A stretch of 46,821 bases of DNA from Fidelibacterota bacterium. GTDB taxonomy: Bacteria; Fidelibacterota; Marinisomatia; Marinisomatales; UBA8229. The notes under the pieces were generated by a model. The model did not search any database. It saw nothing but the letters and a program-made list of their open reading frames with translations, and was not told the origin of the DNA. Each line of letters starts with the position of its first letter. Within the stretch, counting starts at the first letter, position 1. This document shows positions 17,558-27,487 of this stretch, piece by piece. Location: contig DPYO01000052.1 in NCBI GenBank assembly GCA_003535775.1, forward strand, positions 1 to 46,821. The letters are read 5' to 3'. The position numbers and the translations under genes were made by a program.

Positions 17558-20167
17558 ATGATATTAGCAATTGACGGTATTGCTGCTTCCGGTAAAAGTA
17601 CTACGGCAAAAATGGTAGCCTCAAAACTGGATATTACCTATCTGGATACTGGTGCAATGTATAGGGCTGTGACGCTGGCGATTTTGGATCAATCAGTTAA
17701 ATTGAATGATGAAGCCGCGTTAAAATCTCTTTTGGAAGATTTGGACTTAGAGGTGAAACCGGATAAAGAAGGGACAAACATCTTTTTAAAAGGGAAAGAT
17801 GTATCCAAGAAAATTCGGTCCGTAGGTGTTACTGAAAACGTTAGTGCAGTTAGCGCCATAGCTATCGTGAGAAAAGCAATGGTTACTATCCAAAGGACTC
17901 TTGGGAGTCAAACGGATTGTATCGTAGAGGGTCGGGATATAGGAACAGTGGTTTTCCCAGATGCGGATTTTAAGTTTTTTATTATTGCTGATGTGAAGAC
18001 TCGTGCCCGACGACGTCAATTAGACTTATTAACCCTTGGAGAAAAACGATCAATTGAGGAGTTGAGCAAGGATTTAAAAACCCGTGATCAGAAAGATTCC
18101 TCCAGGTCTCATTCTCCATTAACAAAAGCCGCTAATGCGGTGGAATTAGATACGACTCATCTTTCGATTGATGAACAGGTAAAATTCATTGTGGAATTCG
18201 TCAAGTCGAAAAATGATAAAAGGAAAGATAAAATGACTGAGAAAGACACAAAAGAAGTGGAAGTTGAAGCAATTGATGTCGAACCATCAATAACTGCCAT
18301 TCCCAAAACTAATATAGGGATTTCAGACCCAGTAGGTGTTGTTGAAAATTTACCTTCTGTTGACTATTTAGACCCAAAATTATTTCAGGACACACCTCTA
18401 GTAGAACGTGAAAACTTGGATCAGGAGACTATTGATGTAATTGTTCCCGAAGAGATTCAAGAACAGTATTTAAGTACGTTCAAAGATATTTCTGAGCATG
18501 AAATGATTAATGGTAGGGTAATCGGAATTACTGATAATGATATTCTCGTAGATATTGGATTCAAATCTGAGGGAATTATTGACCGGTCTGAATTTCCAAA
18601 TGACAAGCTGCCAAAAATCGGAGAAAAAATCGAACTATTTCTTGAAAAACTTGAAGATAAACACGGTCATACAATCCTATCAAAATCTAAAGCTGATTTT
18701 ATGCAGCGTTGGAAACGATTACGAGAAACTTTTGAATCTGGTTCTATATTCACAGGAAAAATTATGCGAAGGACAAAGGGGGGGCTGATTGTGGATATTG
18801 GAGATATTGAAGCATTTCTTCCCGGTTCCCAAATTGATGTTCGTCCGGTTAAAGATTTTGATCAATTCCTTGATCAGGACATGGAATTGAAAATTGTCAA
18901 ATTTAACGAATCACGGAAAAATATTGTTGTGTCCCACAAGGCAATTCTTGAAGAAGATCTCAAAGAATTACGTGAAGATCTTTTTAAGAAAATTCAAATA
19001 GGAGGAATATTGGAAGGACGAGTAAAAAATATCACTGATTTTGGTGTATTTATCGATTTAGGCGGATTAGATGGTTTACTTCATATCACTGATCTGTCTT
19101 GGGGCCGCGTGATGCATCCTTCGGAAATAGTAAAACTGGACGAAGAACTTACAGTAAAAATTATTGATTACGATGAAGAGAAAAAACGGGTATCCTTGGG
19201 ATTAAAACAATTAACACCTCATCCTTGGGATGGAATTGAAAAGAAATATCCCGTAGAATCTACTGTGACTGGTAAAGTCGTGAGCCTAACAAATTATGGG
19301 GTTTTTATCGAAATTGAACCTGGCATAGAAGGATTAATCCATATTTCTGAAATTTCATGGACACGACACATAAAAAATCCGTCTGAATTATACTCTATGA
19401 ATGATAAGGTTGAGGCGAAAATACTCTCCATAGATTTGGAGGACCGAAAAATAAGCTTAGGAGTAAAACAGCTCCAGCCTGATCCATGGGATACAATTAA
19501 AGAAAAATATGCAGTTGATGCAGTTCATAAAGGGAAAGTTATACATTTGACTCAGTTTGGAGCTTTTGTCGAATTGGAAGAAGGGATTGATGGACTCATT
19601 CACATCTCTGATCTTTCTTGGATAAAAGTTGTTCGGCATCCAAAAGAAATCCTTGAAATTAATCAGGAAGTAGAAGTTAAAATATTGGAAATATCCAAAG
19701 AAAATCGGCGAATTGCTCTTGGTTATAAACAGGTTGGAGATGATCCTTGGGCAGAAATCCTAAAGTTCTTTGAAACAGGAAAAGAAGTACAGGGTAAAAT
19801 CATCCGAATTCTTGAAAAAGGAATAATCCTTGAGCTTGAAAAGGACATAGAAGGAATTATTCCGTTCGATAGAAAGAATAAAAAAGAGCAAAAAACTATG
19901 ATGGATAAATATAAACCAGGTGATACTATCACTGGGATTGTCATGGAAGTTAAACCTGAAGAAAAGAAAGTGTTTCTCTACTTTGAAAAATTAATTGATG
20001 AACACAAAAAATCTTCTAATAAGGATTCCATTCATGAGTTCATGGATCAGCAAGAAGACCTCTCCACCGAGAACATAAAAATTCCCACATCCATGGAAAA
20101 TATTGACGAACCTGAAAAAAAGGAAAAAGGTTCAGAGCTGAAAGTTAGCGAGTCAGATAGAGCTTAA
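17558..20167 (+). CDS. bifunctional cytidylate kinase / 30S ribosomal protein S1 fusion
   Basis: One uninterrupted frame. The N-terminal ~215 aa are Cmk ('IAIDGIAASGKST', 'LDTGAMYRA', 'EGRDIGTVVFPDA'). A ~110-aa acidic linker follows, then six S1/OB repeats ('GRVIGI..', 'GKIMRR..', 'GRVKNITDFGVFIDLGG', 'GKVVSLTNYGVFIEI', 'GKVIHLTQFGAFVEL', 'GKIIRILEKG'). The ATG at 17558 is preferred over the TTG at 17549. Confidence 0.85.
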   Translation: MILAIDGIAASGKSTTAKMVASKLDITYLDTGAMYRAVTLAILDQSVKLNDEAALKSLLEDLDLEVKPDKEGTNIFLKGKDVSKKIRSVGVTENVSAVSAIAIVRKAMVTIQRTLGSQTDCIVEGRDIGTVVFPDADFKFFIIADVKTRARRRQLDLLTLGEKRSIEELSKDLKTRDQKDSSRSHSPLTKAANAVELDTTHLSIDEQVKFIVEFVKSKNDKRKDKMTEKDTKEVEVEAIDVEPSITAIPKTNIGISDPVGVVENLPSVDYLDPKLFQDTPLVERENLDQETIDVIVPEEIQEQYLSTFKDISEHEMINGRVIGITDNDILVDIGFKSEGIIDRSEFPNDKLPKIGEKIELFLEKLEDKHGHTILSKSKADFMQRWKRLRETFESGSIFTGKIMRRTKGGLIVDIGDIEAFLPGSQIDVRPVKDFDQFLDQDMELKIVKFNESRKNIVVSHKAILEEDLKELREDLFKKIQIGGILEGRVKNITDFGVFIDLGGLDGLLHITDLSWGRVMHPSEIVKLDEELTVKIIDYDEEKKRVSLGLKQLTPHPWDGIEKKYPVESTVTGKVVSLTNYGVFIEIEPGIEGLIHISEISWTRHIKNPSELYSMNDKVEAKILSIDLEDRKISLGVKQLQPDPWDTIKEKYAVDAVHKGKVIHLTQFGAFVELEEGIDGLIHISDLSWIKVVRHPKEILEINQEVEVKILEISKENRRIALGYKQVGDDPWAEILKFFETGKEVQGKIIRILEKGIILELEKDIEGIIPFDRKNKKEQKTMMDKYKPGDTITGIVMEVKPEEKKVFLYFEKLIDEHKKSSNKDSIHEFMDQQEDLSTENIKIPTSMENIDEPEKKEKGSELKVSESDRA

Positions 20168-20304
20168 CTGTGTGATAAAAAAATCAGTACTCTATTAATA
20201 TAGCCCAATTTTTCAACAGCTTAAACACTGGAGGGAGGAACTTTTAATGACTGATAAACCCCACCACCATCCTGCCCCTTTTTTCTAATAAACTCCCATA
20301 AATC

Positions 20305-21288
20305 GTGAAGTCATTTCATTTAATTAAATCTTTCTCCCTCCAGAAACTTTCCTTACGTCTTGGTGCACTGGGTATGGCTATCGTGCTCTGGCTTTTTGTC
20401 ATGAGCGACAAGGAATCTTCACTCATTATGAAAATTCCCCTGGTAGTTCGAAATATCAGCGCCCAAAAAGCACTAAAGGAGGAAGTCCCTGAATTTGCTC
20501 AAGTTCGATTAATTGGTACTGGAAATGAATTACTAAAAGCATATCTTCTAAAAAACTTTTTTGAGAACTTTAAACTCATCTTGGACTTGGATCATATTTC
20601 AGAAGAGTATGATTTTATCCTGAATGATTACTATTCGAAATATCCGCAGAAAGTTGTAATTCCCCCCTCCTTCCACCTAAAATTTGTCGAAATTGTTTAT
20701 CCAAGGGAAGTTCACATTAGTTTGGACGAGTATCTTGTAAAGTCTGTTCCAATTACCCCACAAATTATAGTTCAACCAATACCTGGATACATTCAAGTAG
20801 GAGATATAAAAATGATTCCATCTTCTGTAAATGTAGCTGGCCCAAATATATTAACGAAGGAAATCACTGAAGTTTTGACAGCAACAGACACTCTGAAAAA
20901 TATCGGGCATTTTACAAACCGAAAGATCTCTCTGAATAAATCTAACCGACTCATCGAATATTCACTGAATGAAATTAATTACCAGGTAGATATTCAAGAA
21001 ATCAGTGAGCGGATAATCAGTGAAGTTCAGATCCAGATAGTCAATGTACCGGATGAATTTCGGGTATTTGTTAATCCACAAACTGTATCTTTAACTATCT
21101 TTGGAGGTGTAAATCGAATTGCCGAAATATACCCTGAAGACATATTCATATACATTGACTTTGAGAAACAATGGGCTCCTAGATCACAGTTTTTTGAACC
21201 TGTCGTGGTGACACCTAACGACATTTTGGAGTGGAAAAATTTATCGCCTAGAAACGTGGAATTAGTCGTTACGAAAGGGACAAGTTGA
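20305..21288 (+). CDS. YbbR-domain protein (CdaR-like)
   Basis: GTG start, an N-terminal TM helix ('LGALGMAIVLWLFVM'), then repeated YbbR-like modules ('IPLVVRNISAQ', 'VPITPQIIVQPIPGY', 'VQIQIVNVPDEF'). Confidence 0.55.
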   Translation: MKSFHLIKSFSLQKLSLRLGALGMAIVLWLFVMSDKESSLIMKIPLVVRNISAQKALKEEVPEFAQVRLIGTGNELLKAYLLKNFFENFKLILDLDHISEEYDFILNDYYSKYPQKVVIPPSFHLKFVEIVYPREVHISLDEYLVKSVPITPQIIVQPIPGYIQVGDIKMIPSSVNVAGPNILTKEITEVLTATDTLKNIGHFTNRKISLNKSNRLIEYSLNEINYQVDIQEISERIISEVQIQIVNVPDEFRVFVNPQTVSLTIFGGVNRIAEIYPEDIFIYIDFEKQWAPRSQFFEPVVVTPNDILEWKNLSPRNVELVVTKGTS

Positions 21289-22280
21289 ACATACTTGGAG
21301 TTGAAACCTCCTGTGACGAGACAGCTGCTGCCGTGTGTGCAAATGGCTCTATTCTGTCAAATATAATTAGTTCACAAAAGATCCACCAATCTTTTGGTGG
21401 TGTTGTTCCAGAACTGGCATCCAGGGAACATGAACGTCTCTTAAACTCACTGGTATTTCAAGCCATTGAAGAAGCTGGAATCTCATTAAGCAGTTTAGAA
21501 GGTATAGCAGTTACAAAAGGGCCCGGTTTGGCGGGAACATTATTGGCTGGCGTTTGTTTTTCAAAAGGATTGGCGCAAGGATTGAGGATTCCTGTCATTG
21601 GGATTAATCATCTTGAAGCCCATATCTTTGCGAGTTTTCTGGAAAATCCAAATTTAACATTTCCATTCGTATGTCTTTTGGTTTCCGGAGGACATACTCA
21701 GGTGTGGCTCATAAATGAAATAGATAACTATGAATTAATGGGAGAAACCAGAGACGACGCTGCCGGGGAGGCTTTTGATAAAGGAGCAAGAATCTTAGGC
21801 CTGGGATATCCGGGAGGACCTGAGATCGAAAAATTAGCACGTAACGGAAATCCAAAAACCATAGATTTCCCGAAGTCATTCATGAAAACCAATGCAATTG
21901 AATTCAGTTTCAGTGGTCTGAAGACATCCTTGCTTTATTATATGGATCACTTTGATGAATCTGATGGCACTATAAGCAGAGAAGATGTTGCCGCCAGCTA
22001 TCAGAATGCAATCATTGAAGTATTGATTCATAAATTGAAACAAACTTTGGAAATTACACATGTCAAAACATGTGTAATAGCTGGTGGTGTGGCTGCAAAT
22101 AATCAACTAAGACAGAAGGCTCATCAGATGCTGCCCGAAATTTCATTGAGTTTCCCTGGCTTGTTATATTGTACTGATAACGCAGCTATGGTTGCTTTTT
22201 TGGGAGAACTGAAATTGAAAGCAGGATATACTTCCCCCATAAATTTTGGGGTCAAGCCTAATTTACAACTCCAAGTCTAA
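21285..22280 (+). CDS. tsaD: tRNA N6-adenosine threonylcarbamoyltransferase
   Basis: 'ILGVETSCDETAAAV', 'GINHLEAHI', 'LLVSGGHTQ', 'DDAAGEAFDKGAR' and 'IAGGVAAN'. Confidence 0.93.
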   Translation: MNILGVETSCDETAAAVCANGSILSNIISSQKIHQSFGGVVPELASREHERLLNSLVFQAIEEAGISLSSLEGIAVTKGPGLAGTLLAGVCFSKGLAQGLRIPVIGINHLEAHIFASFLENPNLTFPFVCLLVSGGHTQVWLINEIDNYELMGETRDDAAGEAFDKGARILGLGYPGGPEIEKLARNGNPKTIDFPKSFMKTNAIEFSFSGLKTSLLYYMDHFDESDGTISREDVAASYQNAIIEVLIHKLKQTLEITHVKTCVIAGGVAANNQLRQKAHQMLPEISLSFPGLLYCTDNAAMVAFLGELKLKAGYTSPINFGVKPNLQLQV

Positions 22281-22348
22281 TCTCAGGTTTTGTGATTCAT
22301 TTCAGCACCATGAAACAACACCACTTTTTTCCCACCTACTCTTAAACC

Positions 22349-24457
22349 ATGTCTCTTGAATTTCTTCGACCCCCCGATCTTTGGTTTTGGGGATTGTTAT
22401 TAGGGGTATGTTCCTTCTCTCTTTGGAGTATTTTTAAACTCTGGCCTATTCATCAAGTGAGAATTCCTGTGCTAATCAGAATTGGTTTATTCAGTTTGCT
22501 TTTATTCAGTCTCCTGCAACCAAAAATCACCCGGGAAACATCGAAGGAATTTCCCCTTAAGTGGCATGTTTATACTGATAATTCGATGAGTATGGGATAC
22601 CACCAGGCCTATTCATTAACAACTCTGAACGAAGAAATAAAAGAATTTTTGAAGAAAATAGAAAACAAAGGAGTTATGATTGATCGTTTTCATTTTTCAA
22701 ATGAGGTAATCCATACCGACTTGTATGAACCATTAAATGCAGGAGGTTCCTCAACTGATCTTGGAATCGTTTTGAATTCAATAAAAGAGGAAGAGAAAGA
22801 TAATCTTGCAGGAGTAATTTTATTTACAGATGGCCAAATCACCCATGGCTTAGACCCAGTGCAAACTTCATCGGAAATCCATGTACCAATTCACATCATT
22901 GGCGTTGGAGAGAACACACCTCTTGTGGATGTTGCCATAAAATCTATAGATGTACCAACCGTTGCTATTAAAGGTGAGGATGTAGAAGCAACAGTGGTTG
23001 TTGTAGCAACAGGTATTATTGCAAATGAAGGAATAAACATAACTTTATCGAAAAAGAAGAAAATAATTGGCTCACGGTTCATAAAAATCCAGGGTGACGG
23101 TGTACAGTCAGATGTACATTTTCAATTTAAACCAGATGACTTAGGGGAAATTACATACCAAGCTCAGGTTTCTTCTCTTGAGAATGAAATAAATGTCCAA
23201 AATAACCGCCAATCCTTTCATTTGACAATCCTGAAAAATAGATACCGGGTCGCTTTACTTACCGGTGCACCGAATTATAATACTTCTGTGATAAAAATGA
23301 TGATGAATAATCAACCACGAGTTAAGATTGATCATTTTATTTTTATCAATGATTCATTCCAGCCAGCTATAAAAAATTTCTGGGAGACTTCATACGATCT
23401 AATCGTCCTTGATAATTATCCTATTCAATCTATTTCTTCACAATGGCAGCGGTTTTTTGCGAAAAAGATTGTGGCTCAAAAAACAGCTTTGGCATGGATT
23501 ATTGGTCCAAGCGTAGATCCATTATCTGCAAAATCTTTTTTTCCCTTTTTTCATTTAAAATGGTTAGAAACAAAAGTTGATGATGAAAAATATTACCAAT
23601 GGTCATTCAATGAAAGAATATTGAATTATCCAATTTTCCCACAAAATGAGGTTCCTCTTAATTCCATTGATCAGACCGAACTTCCGCCTCTAAAACCTGG
23701 ACTTCAGGTTTCTAGTACAAAAAAAATGATCCAATCATTGGCAGACTTAATACCATCCCAACAAATTCCGGTACTCCTTATTGGAGAAGTGGAATCCTTA
23801 CGGACAGTTGTTTGGACAACTCCGGATTTTTATACACTTTATTATAAGTTAACAGGTACCAGAAGATCCGAAATGTTTGCAGGGATCTGGAATGGAATTT
23901 TTGGGTGGCTTATGAGGACCACGGGAGATAACGATATGTATTTTCGATTGGATAAAGATTTATACCAGCAGGGAGAATTAATAAAAGTAATGGGAAATAA
24001 AATCGGGCAAGCATCCCCTGCATCCCACGCTGCAATTACCTTACAGCACGATGGAAATACAATTAATTCAACAGAATTGAGATATAACCCAACTTTTCAG
24101 CGGTGGGAAGGGCAATTATGGGCATCCAAACCAGGTACCTATGACTACGAAATTATTTTTCAAAATGAAAATGCCACTTCTTCCCAAAAAGGGGTATTTA
24201 TTATAAAAGAAAGTCAGATTGAACTTAATAAAGTCTTTCTCAATGATAACCTATTAAGAAAAATCTCATTGAAAACGGGTGGAAATTATTTTCACTGGGA
24301 TTCACGAAATGAACTTATTGACCACATTGAACAACGAACAATTACAAAACGAAAAATGGTTTATATAGAACCACATAATGAATGGTGGATATTAATTGGA
24401 TTTATTGTTCTGTTAACTATTGAGTGGAGCCTGCGTCGAAGAGCAGGCCTAATGTAA
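22349..24457 (+). CDS. large membrane protein with BatA-type N-terminal double-TM anchor and vWA/GATase-like central region
   Basis: 'LEFLRPPDLWFWGLLL' followed by two TM helices resembles the aerotolerance-regulator N-terminal domain. It also has 'GVILFTDGQ' and a C-terminal TM helix ('WWILIGFIVLLTIEWSLRRR'). The function is unknown. Confidence 0.45.
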   Translation: MSLEFLRPPDLWFWGLLLGVCSFSLWSIFKLWPIHQVRIPVLIRIGLFSLLLFSLLQPKITRETSKEFPLKWHVYTDNSMSMGYHQAYSLTTLNEEIKEFLKKIENKGVMIDRFHFSNEVIHTDLYEPLNAGGSSTDLGIVLNSIKEEEKDNLAGVILFTDGQITHGLDPVQTSSEIHVPIHIIGVGENTPLVDVAIKSIDVPTVAIKGEDVEATVVVVATGIIANEGINITLSKKKKIIGSRFIKIQGDGVQSDVHFQFKPDDLGEITYQAQVSSLENEINVQNNRQSFHLTILKNRYRVALLTGAPNYNTSVIKMMMNNQPRVKIDHFIFINDSFQPAIKNFWETSYDLIVLDNYPIQSISSQWQRFFAKKIVAQKTALAWIIGPSVDPLSAKSFFPFFHLKWLETKVDDEKYYQWSFNERILNYPIFPQNEVPLNSIDQTELPPLKPGLQVSSTKKMIQSLADLIPSQQIPVLLIGEVESLRTVVWTTPDFYTLYYKLTGTRRSEMFAGIWNGIFGWLMRTTGDNDMYFRLDKDLYQQGELIKVMGNKIGQASPASHAAITLQHDGNTINSTELRYNPTFQRWEGQLWASKPGTYDYEIIFQNENATSSQKGVFIIKESQIELNKVFLNDNLLRKISLKTGGNYFHWDSRNELIDHIEQRTITKRKMVYIEPHNEWWILIGFIVLLTIEWSLRRRAGLM

Positions 24458-24520
24458 AAAATATGCTTCTGATTAGTTCAGAATATCAATAACTTTTTAT
24501 TCTAATACTAAAGGAATGGT

Positions 24521-25837
24521 ATGAGACACATAGCAATTATTGGAACAGGATACGTCGGGTTAGTCAGTGGTTCGGGGATATCTGACTTTGGACATAAGGT
24601 AATTTGTGCAGATATTGCTGAAGAAAAGATTAAGATGCTTCAAACTGGTAAAATGCCGATTTATGAACCCGGATTGGATGAACTTGTTGACCGTAACACC
24701 AAGGCAGAAAGGTTGTCCTTTTCAACAGATGTTGGAAAAACAATCCGTGACTCAGAGGTAATTTTTATTGCGGTTAGTACACCGCAAAGCGAAAATGGTG
24801 AAGCGGATATTTCTGCTGTGACAGCAGTGGCAAAAACAATCGGACAAAATTTGAATAACAGAAAAGTGGTCTGTACAAAAAGCACTGTTCCGATAGGCAC
24901 CGGAAAATTAGTTACGTCAATCATTAATGAGAATAATCCTGAAAAAATGGAATTTGATTATGTCTCCAATCCGGAATTTTTGCGTGAGGGATCTGCTGTG
25001 AAAGATTTTCTCTGGCCGGATCGTTTGGTAATCGGAACAGAGTCGGAATGGGGATTTGAGGTGATAAGAGATGTATATCGTCCGTTGTATATCAATGAAA
25101 CGCCTATTGTACATACAACAGTGGAAACAGCTGAATTGATAAAATATGCCAGCAATGCCTTCCTGTCGTTGAAAATCAGTTATATTAATGAAATTTCCGC
25201 TTTATGTGAAAAGATTGGTGCTGACGTTCACGTTGTAGCAAAAGCTATGGGATCTGATGGACGAATAAGTCCGAAATTTCTCCACCCGGGGCCGGGGTTT
25301 GGAGGCTCATGTTTCCCAAAGGATACAATCGCTCTCGTCGCTATGGCTAAGAATAAAAATGTGCCCATGCGTACTATTCAGGCAGCCATAGAAACAAATG
25401 CTCATCAAAAGAAAAGAATGGTAAAAAAACTTCAGGCTTTAACTGGAGATTTTTCAGGATTAAAAATTGGTATTTTAGGTTTAGCATTCAAATCCAAAAC
25501 GGATGATGTCAGAGAATCAGCTTCTCTTGAAATGGTAGGATCATTACTGAATGCAGGTGCACAAGTAAAAGCATATGATCCGGAAGCAAATACCAGCTTT
25601 GCTGAATTTTATCCGCAGATCACATATTGTAAAACCTGGGAAGAAGCAGTAAAAGACACAGATGCCGTTGCAGTGATGACGGAATGGAACGAATTCAGAA
25701 CCATAGACGCAAAGACACTAAAGAATCTCATGAAATCTCCGATTATCCTTGATACACGAAACATTCTTTCCCGGAAAGAATTACAAAAAAATGGATTTTC
25801 TTTTGATAATGTTGGTCGGCCAATGGAAACAAAGTAA
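24521..25837 (+). CDS. ugd: UDP-glucose 6-dehydrogenase family nucleotide-sugar dehydrogenase
   Basis: Rossmann motif 'IAIIGTGYVGLV', 'NPEFLREGSAV', and the catalytic 'GFGGSCFPKD'. Confidence 0.88.
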   Translation: MRHIAIIGTGYVGLVSGSGISDFGHKVICADIAEEKIKMLQTGKMPIYEPGLDELVDRNTKAERLSFSTDVGKTIRDSEVIFIAVSTPQSENGEADISAVTAVAKTIGQNLNNRKVVCTKSTVPIGTGKLVTSIINENNPEKMEFDYVSNPEFLREGSAVKDFLWPDRLVIGTESEWGFEVIRDVYRPLYINETPIVHTTVETAELIKYASNAFLSLKISYINEISALCEKIGADVHVVAKAMGSDGRISPKFLHPGPGFGGSCFPKDTIALVAMAKNKNVPMRTIQAAIETNAHQKKRMVKKLQALTGDFSGLKIGILGLAFKSKTDDVRESASLEMVGSLLNAGAQVKAYDPEANTSFAEFYPQITYCKTWEEAVKDTDAVAVMTEWNEFRTIDAKTLKNLMKSPIILDTRNILSRKELQKNGFSFDNVGRPMETK

Positions 25838-25839
25838 TA

Positions 25840-26403
25840 ATGAAAGTTGAAAAAACACAATTGGATGGATTAGTTGTCATTCATCCGGATGTACACGACG
25901 ATAAACGTGGTTATTTTTTTGAAAGTTATAACAAACCACTTTTTAAATCACTTGGGATCCCTTCAGATTTTGTACAGGATAATCAGGCATTGTCAGGAAA
26001 AAATACATTACGAGGACTTCATTATCAGCTCAAATATCCCCAGGGAAAATTAATTCAAGTTCCACTGGGTAAGGTCTATGATATCTCATTGGATATCAGG
26101 CATGGATCTCCCACATTCGGGCAGTATTTTGGTATAGTGTTATCTGATAAAAATTTTAATATTGTATATGTCCCGGAAGGATTCGCCCATGGTTATGCTG
26201 TCTTGTCTGATACTGCAATCTTCCAATATAAATGTACCGAAACCTACCATCCGGAAGATGAACATGGAATAAAATGGAATGATCCATCCGTTCATATTAA
26301 TTGGCAAATAACTGATCCGATTATTTCTGAAAAGGATTTGGCGCTGCCTTCATTAACAGAACTAGGGCCATCTTTATTACCAGCATACAGAGTTCAAAAA
26401 TGA
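25840..26403 (+). CDS. rfbC: dTDP-4-dehydrorhamnose 3,5-epimerase
   Basis: 'DKRGYFFESY', 'LRGLHYQ' and 'VPEGFAHGY'. Confidence 0.92.
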   Translation: MKVEKTQLDGLVVIHPDVHDDKRGYFFESYNKPLFKSLGIPSDFVQDNQALSGKNTLRGLHYQLKYPQGKLIQVPLGKVYDISLDIRHGSPTFGQYFGIVLSDKNFNIVYVPEGFAHGYAVLSDTAIFQYKCTETYHPEDEHGIKWNDPSVHINWQITDPIISEKDLALPSLTELGPSLLPAYRVQK

Positions 26404-27464
26404 AAACCGTTTATTTTGTCACCGGAGGATGTGGTTTTATCGGAGCAAATTTTATCCAGTATTTATTGAATAAGACAAAACCCAATAGTGTCGTCAATCT
26501 AGATAAACTGACCTATGCAGGAAATCAGAAAAATCTTGCAGATTTTGAACAGGATCCCCGCTATATATTTGTGCATGGTGATATCTGCGATGCGGAATTG
26601 GTTTCAAAGTTATTCACCGAATATCAGCCGAATTATATTGTCAATTTTGCTGCTGAAAGTCATGTTGACAGGTCAATAGATGGGCCGGCAGAGTTCATAC
26701 AAACCAATATTGTCGGTACATCTGTTCTCTTGCAGGAAGCACTGAAATATTATTCAACTTTGAAGGGGAAAGAAAGTGAACGTTTCCGGTTTCATCATGT
26801 TTCGACGGATGAAGTTTTTGGAAGTTTGAGTGAATCAGGATTTTTCACGGAAGAAACCCCTTATGATCCCAGTTCCCCCTATTCCGCATCAAAAGCTTCT
26901 TCAGATCACCTTATCCGTGCGTGGCATCGAACATTTTACCTTCCGGTATTGATTTCTAACTGCTCAAATAATTATGGCCCATATCAATTCCCGGAAAAAC
27001 TGATTCCCTTAATGATTCTGAACTGTCTCGAAGAAAAACCATTACCTGTTTATGGGACAGGAGAAAACATTCGAGACTGGCTGTACGTGGAAGATCACTG
27101 TGATGCTATTTATACAATCTTACAAAAGGGTACTATTGGGGAAACATACAATGTTGGCGGTAATAATGAAATCAAAAACATCCAAATTGTAGAAGTGATC
27201 TGTGATATTCTGAATGATATTCATCCGGCAGGCTCAGGTAAATCGTACCATGAATTAATTAATTTCGTTAAAGACAGGCCTGGACATGACTTTCGGTATG
27301 CAATCGATGCATCAAAGTTAAAGAAAGAAATTGGATGGGAACCCAAAGAATCCTTTAATACAGGAATTCAAAAAACTATTGAGTGGTATCTGAAAAATGA
27401 AGAGTGGTGGAAAACAATTCAAGAGGATACGTACAAACAAGAGAGGCTTGGTATCTCTAATTAA
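26400..27464 (+). CDS. rfbB: dTDP-glucose 4,6-dehydratase
   Basis: 'VTGGCGFIGANF', 'AAESHVDRSI', 'YSASKASSDH' (YxxxK) and 'RPGHDFRYAID'. Confidence 0.92.
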   Translation: MKTVYFVTGGCGFIGANFIQYLLNKTKPNSVVNLDKLTYAGNQKNLADFEQDPRYIFVHGDICDAELVSKLFTEYQPNYIVNFAAESHVDRSIDGPAEFIQTNIVGTSVLLQEALKYYSTLKGKESERFRFHHVSTDEVFGSLSESGFFTEETPYDPSSPYSASKASSDHLIRAWHRTFYLPVLISNCSNNYGPYQFPEKLIPLMILNCLEEKPLPVYGTGENIRDWLYVEDHCDAIYTILQKGTIGETYNVGGNNEIKNIQIVEVICDILNDIHPAGSGKSYHELINFVKDRPGHDFRYAIDASKLKKEIGWEPKESFNTGIQKTIEWYLKNEEWWKTIQEDTYKQERLGISN

Positions 27465-27487
27465 ACAAATGTAACCATCCTAATTAA

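Noticed and set aside
20168-20304. Rho-independent terminator after rpsA using GGAGGGAGG and CCTGCCCC-TTTTTT
   Set aside because: The two G/C-rich blocks are not complementary, so no stable hairpin precedes the T run.
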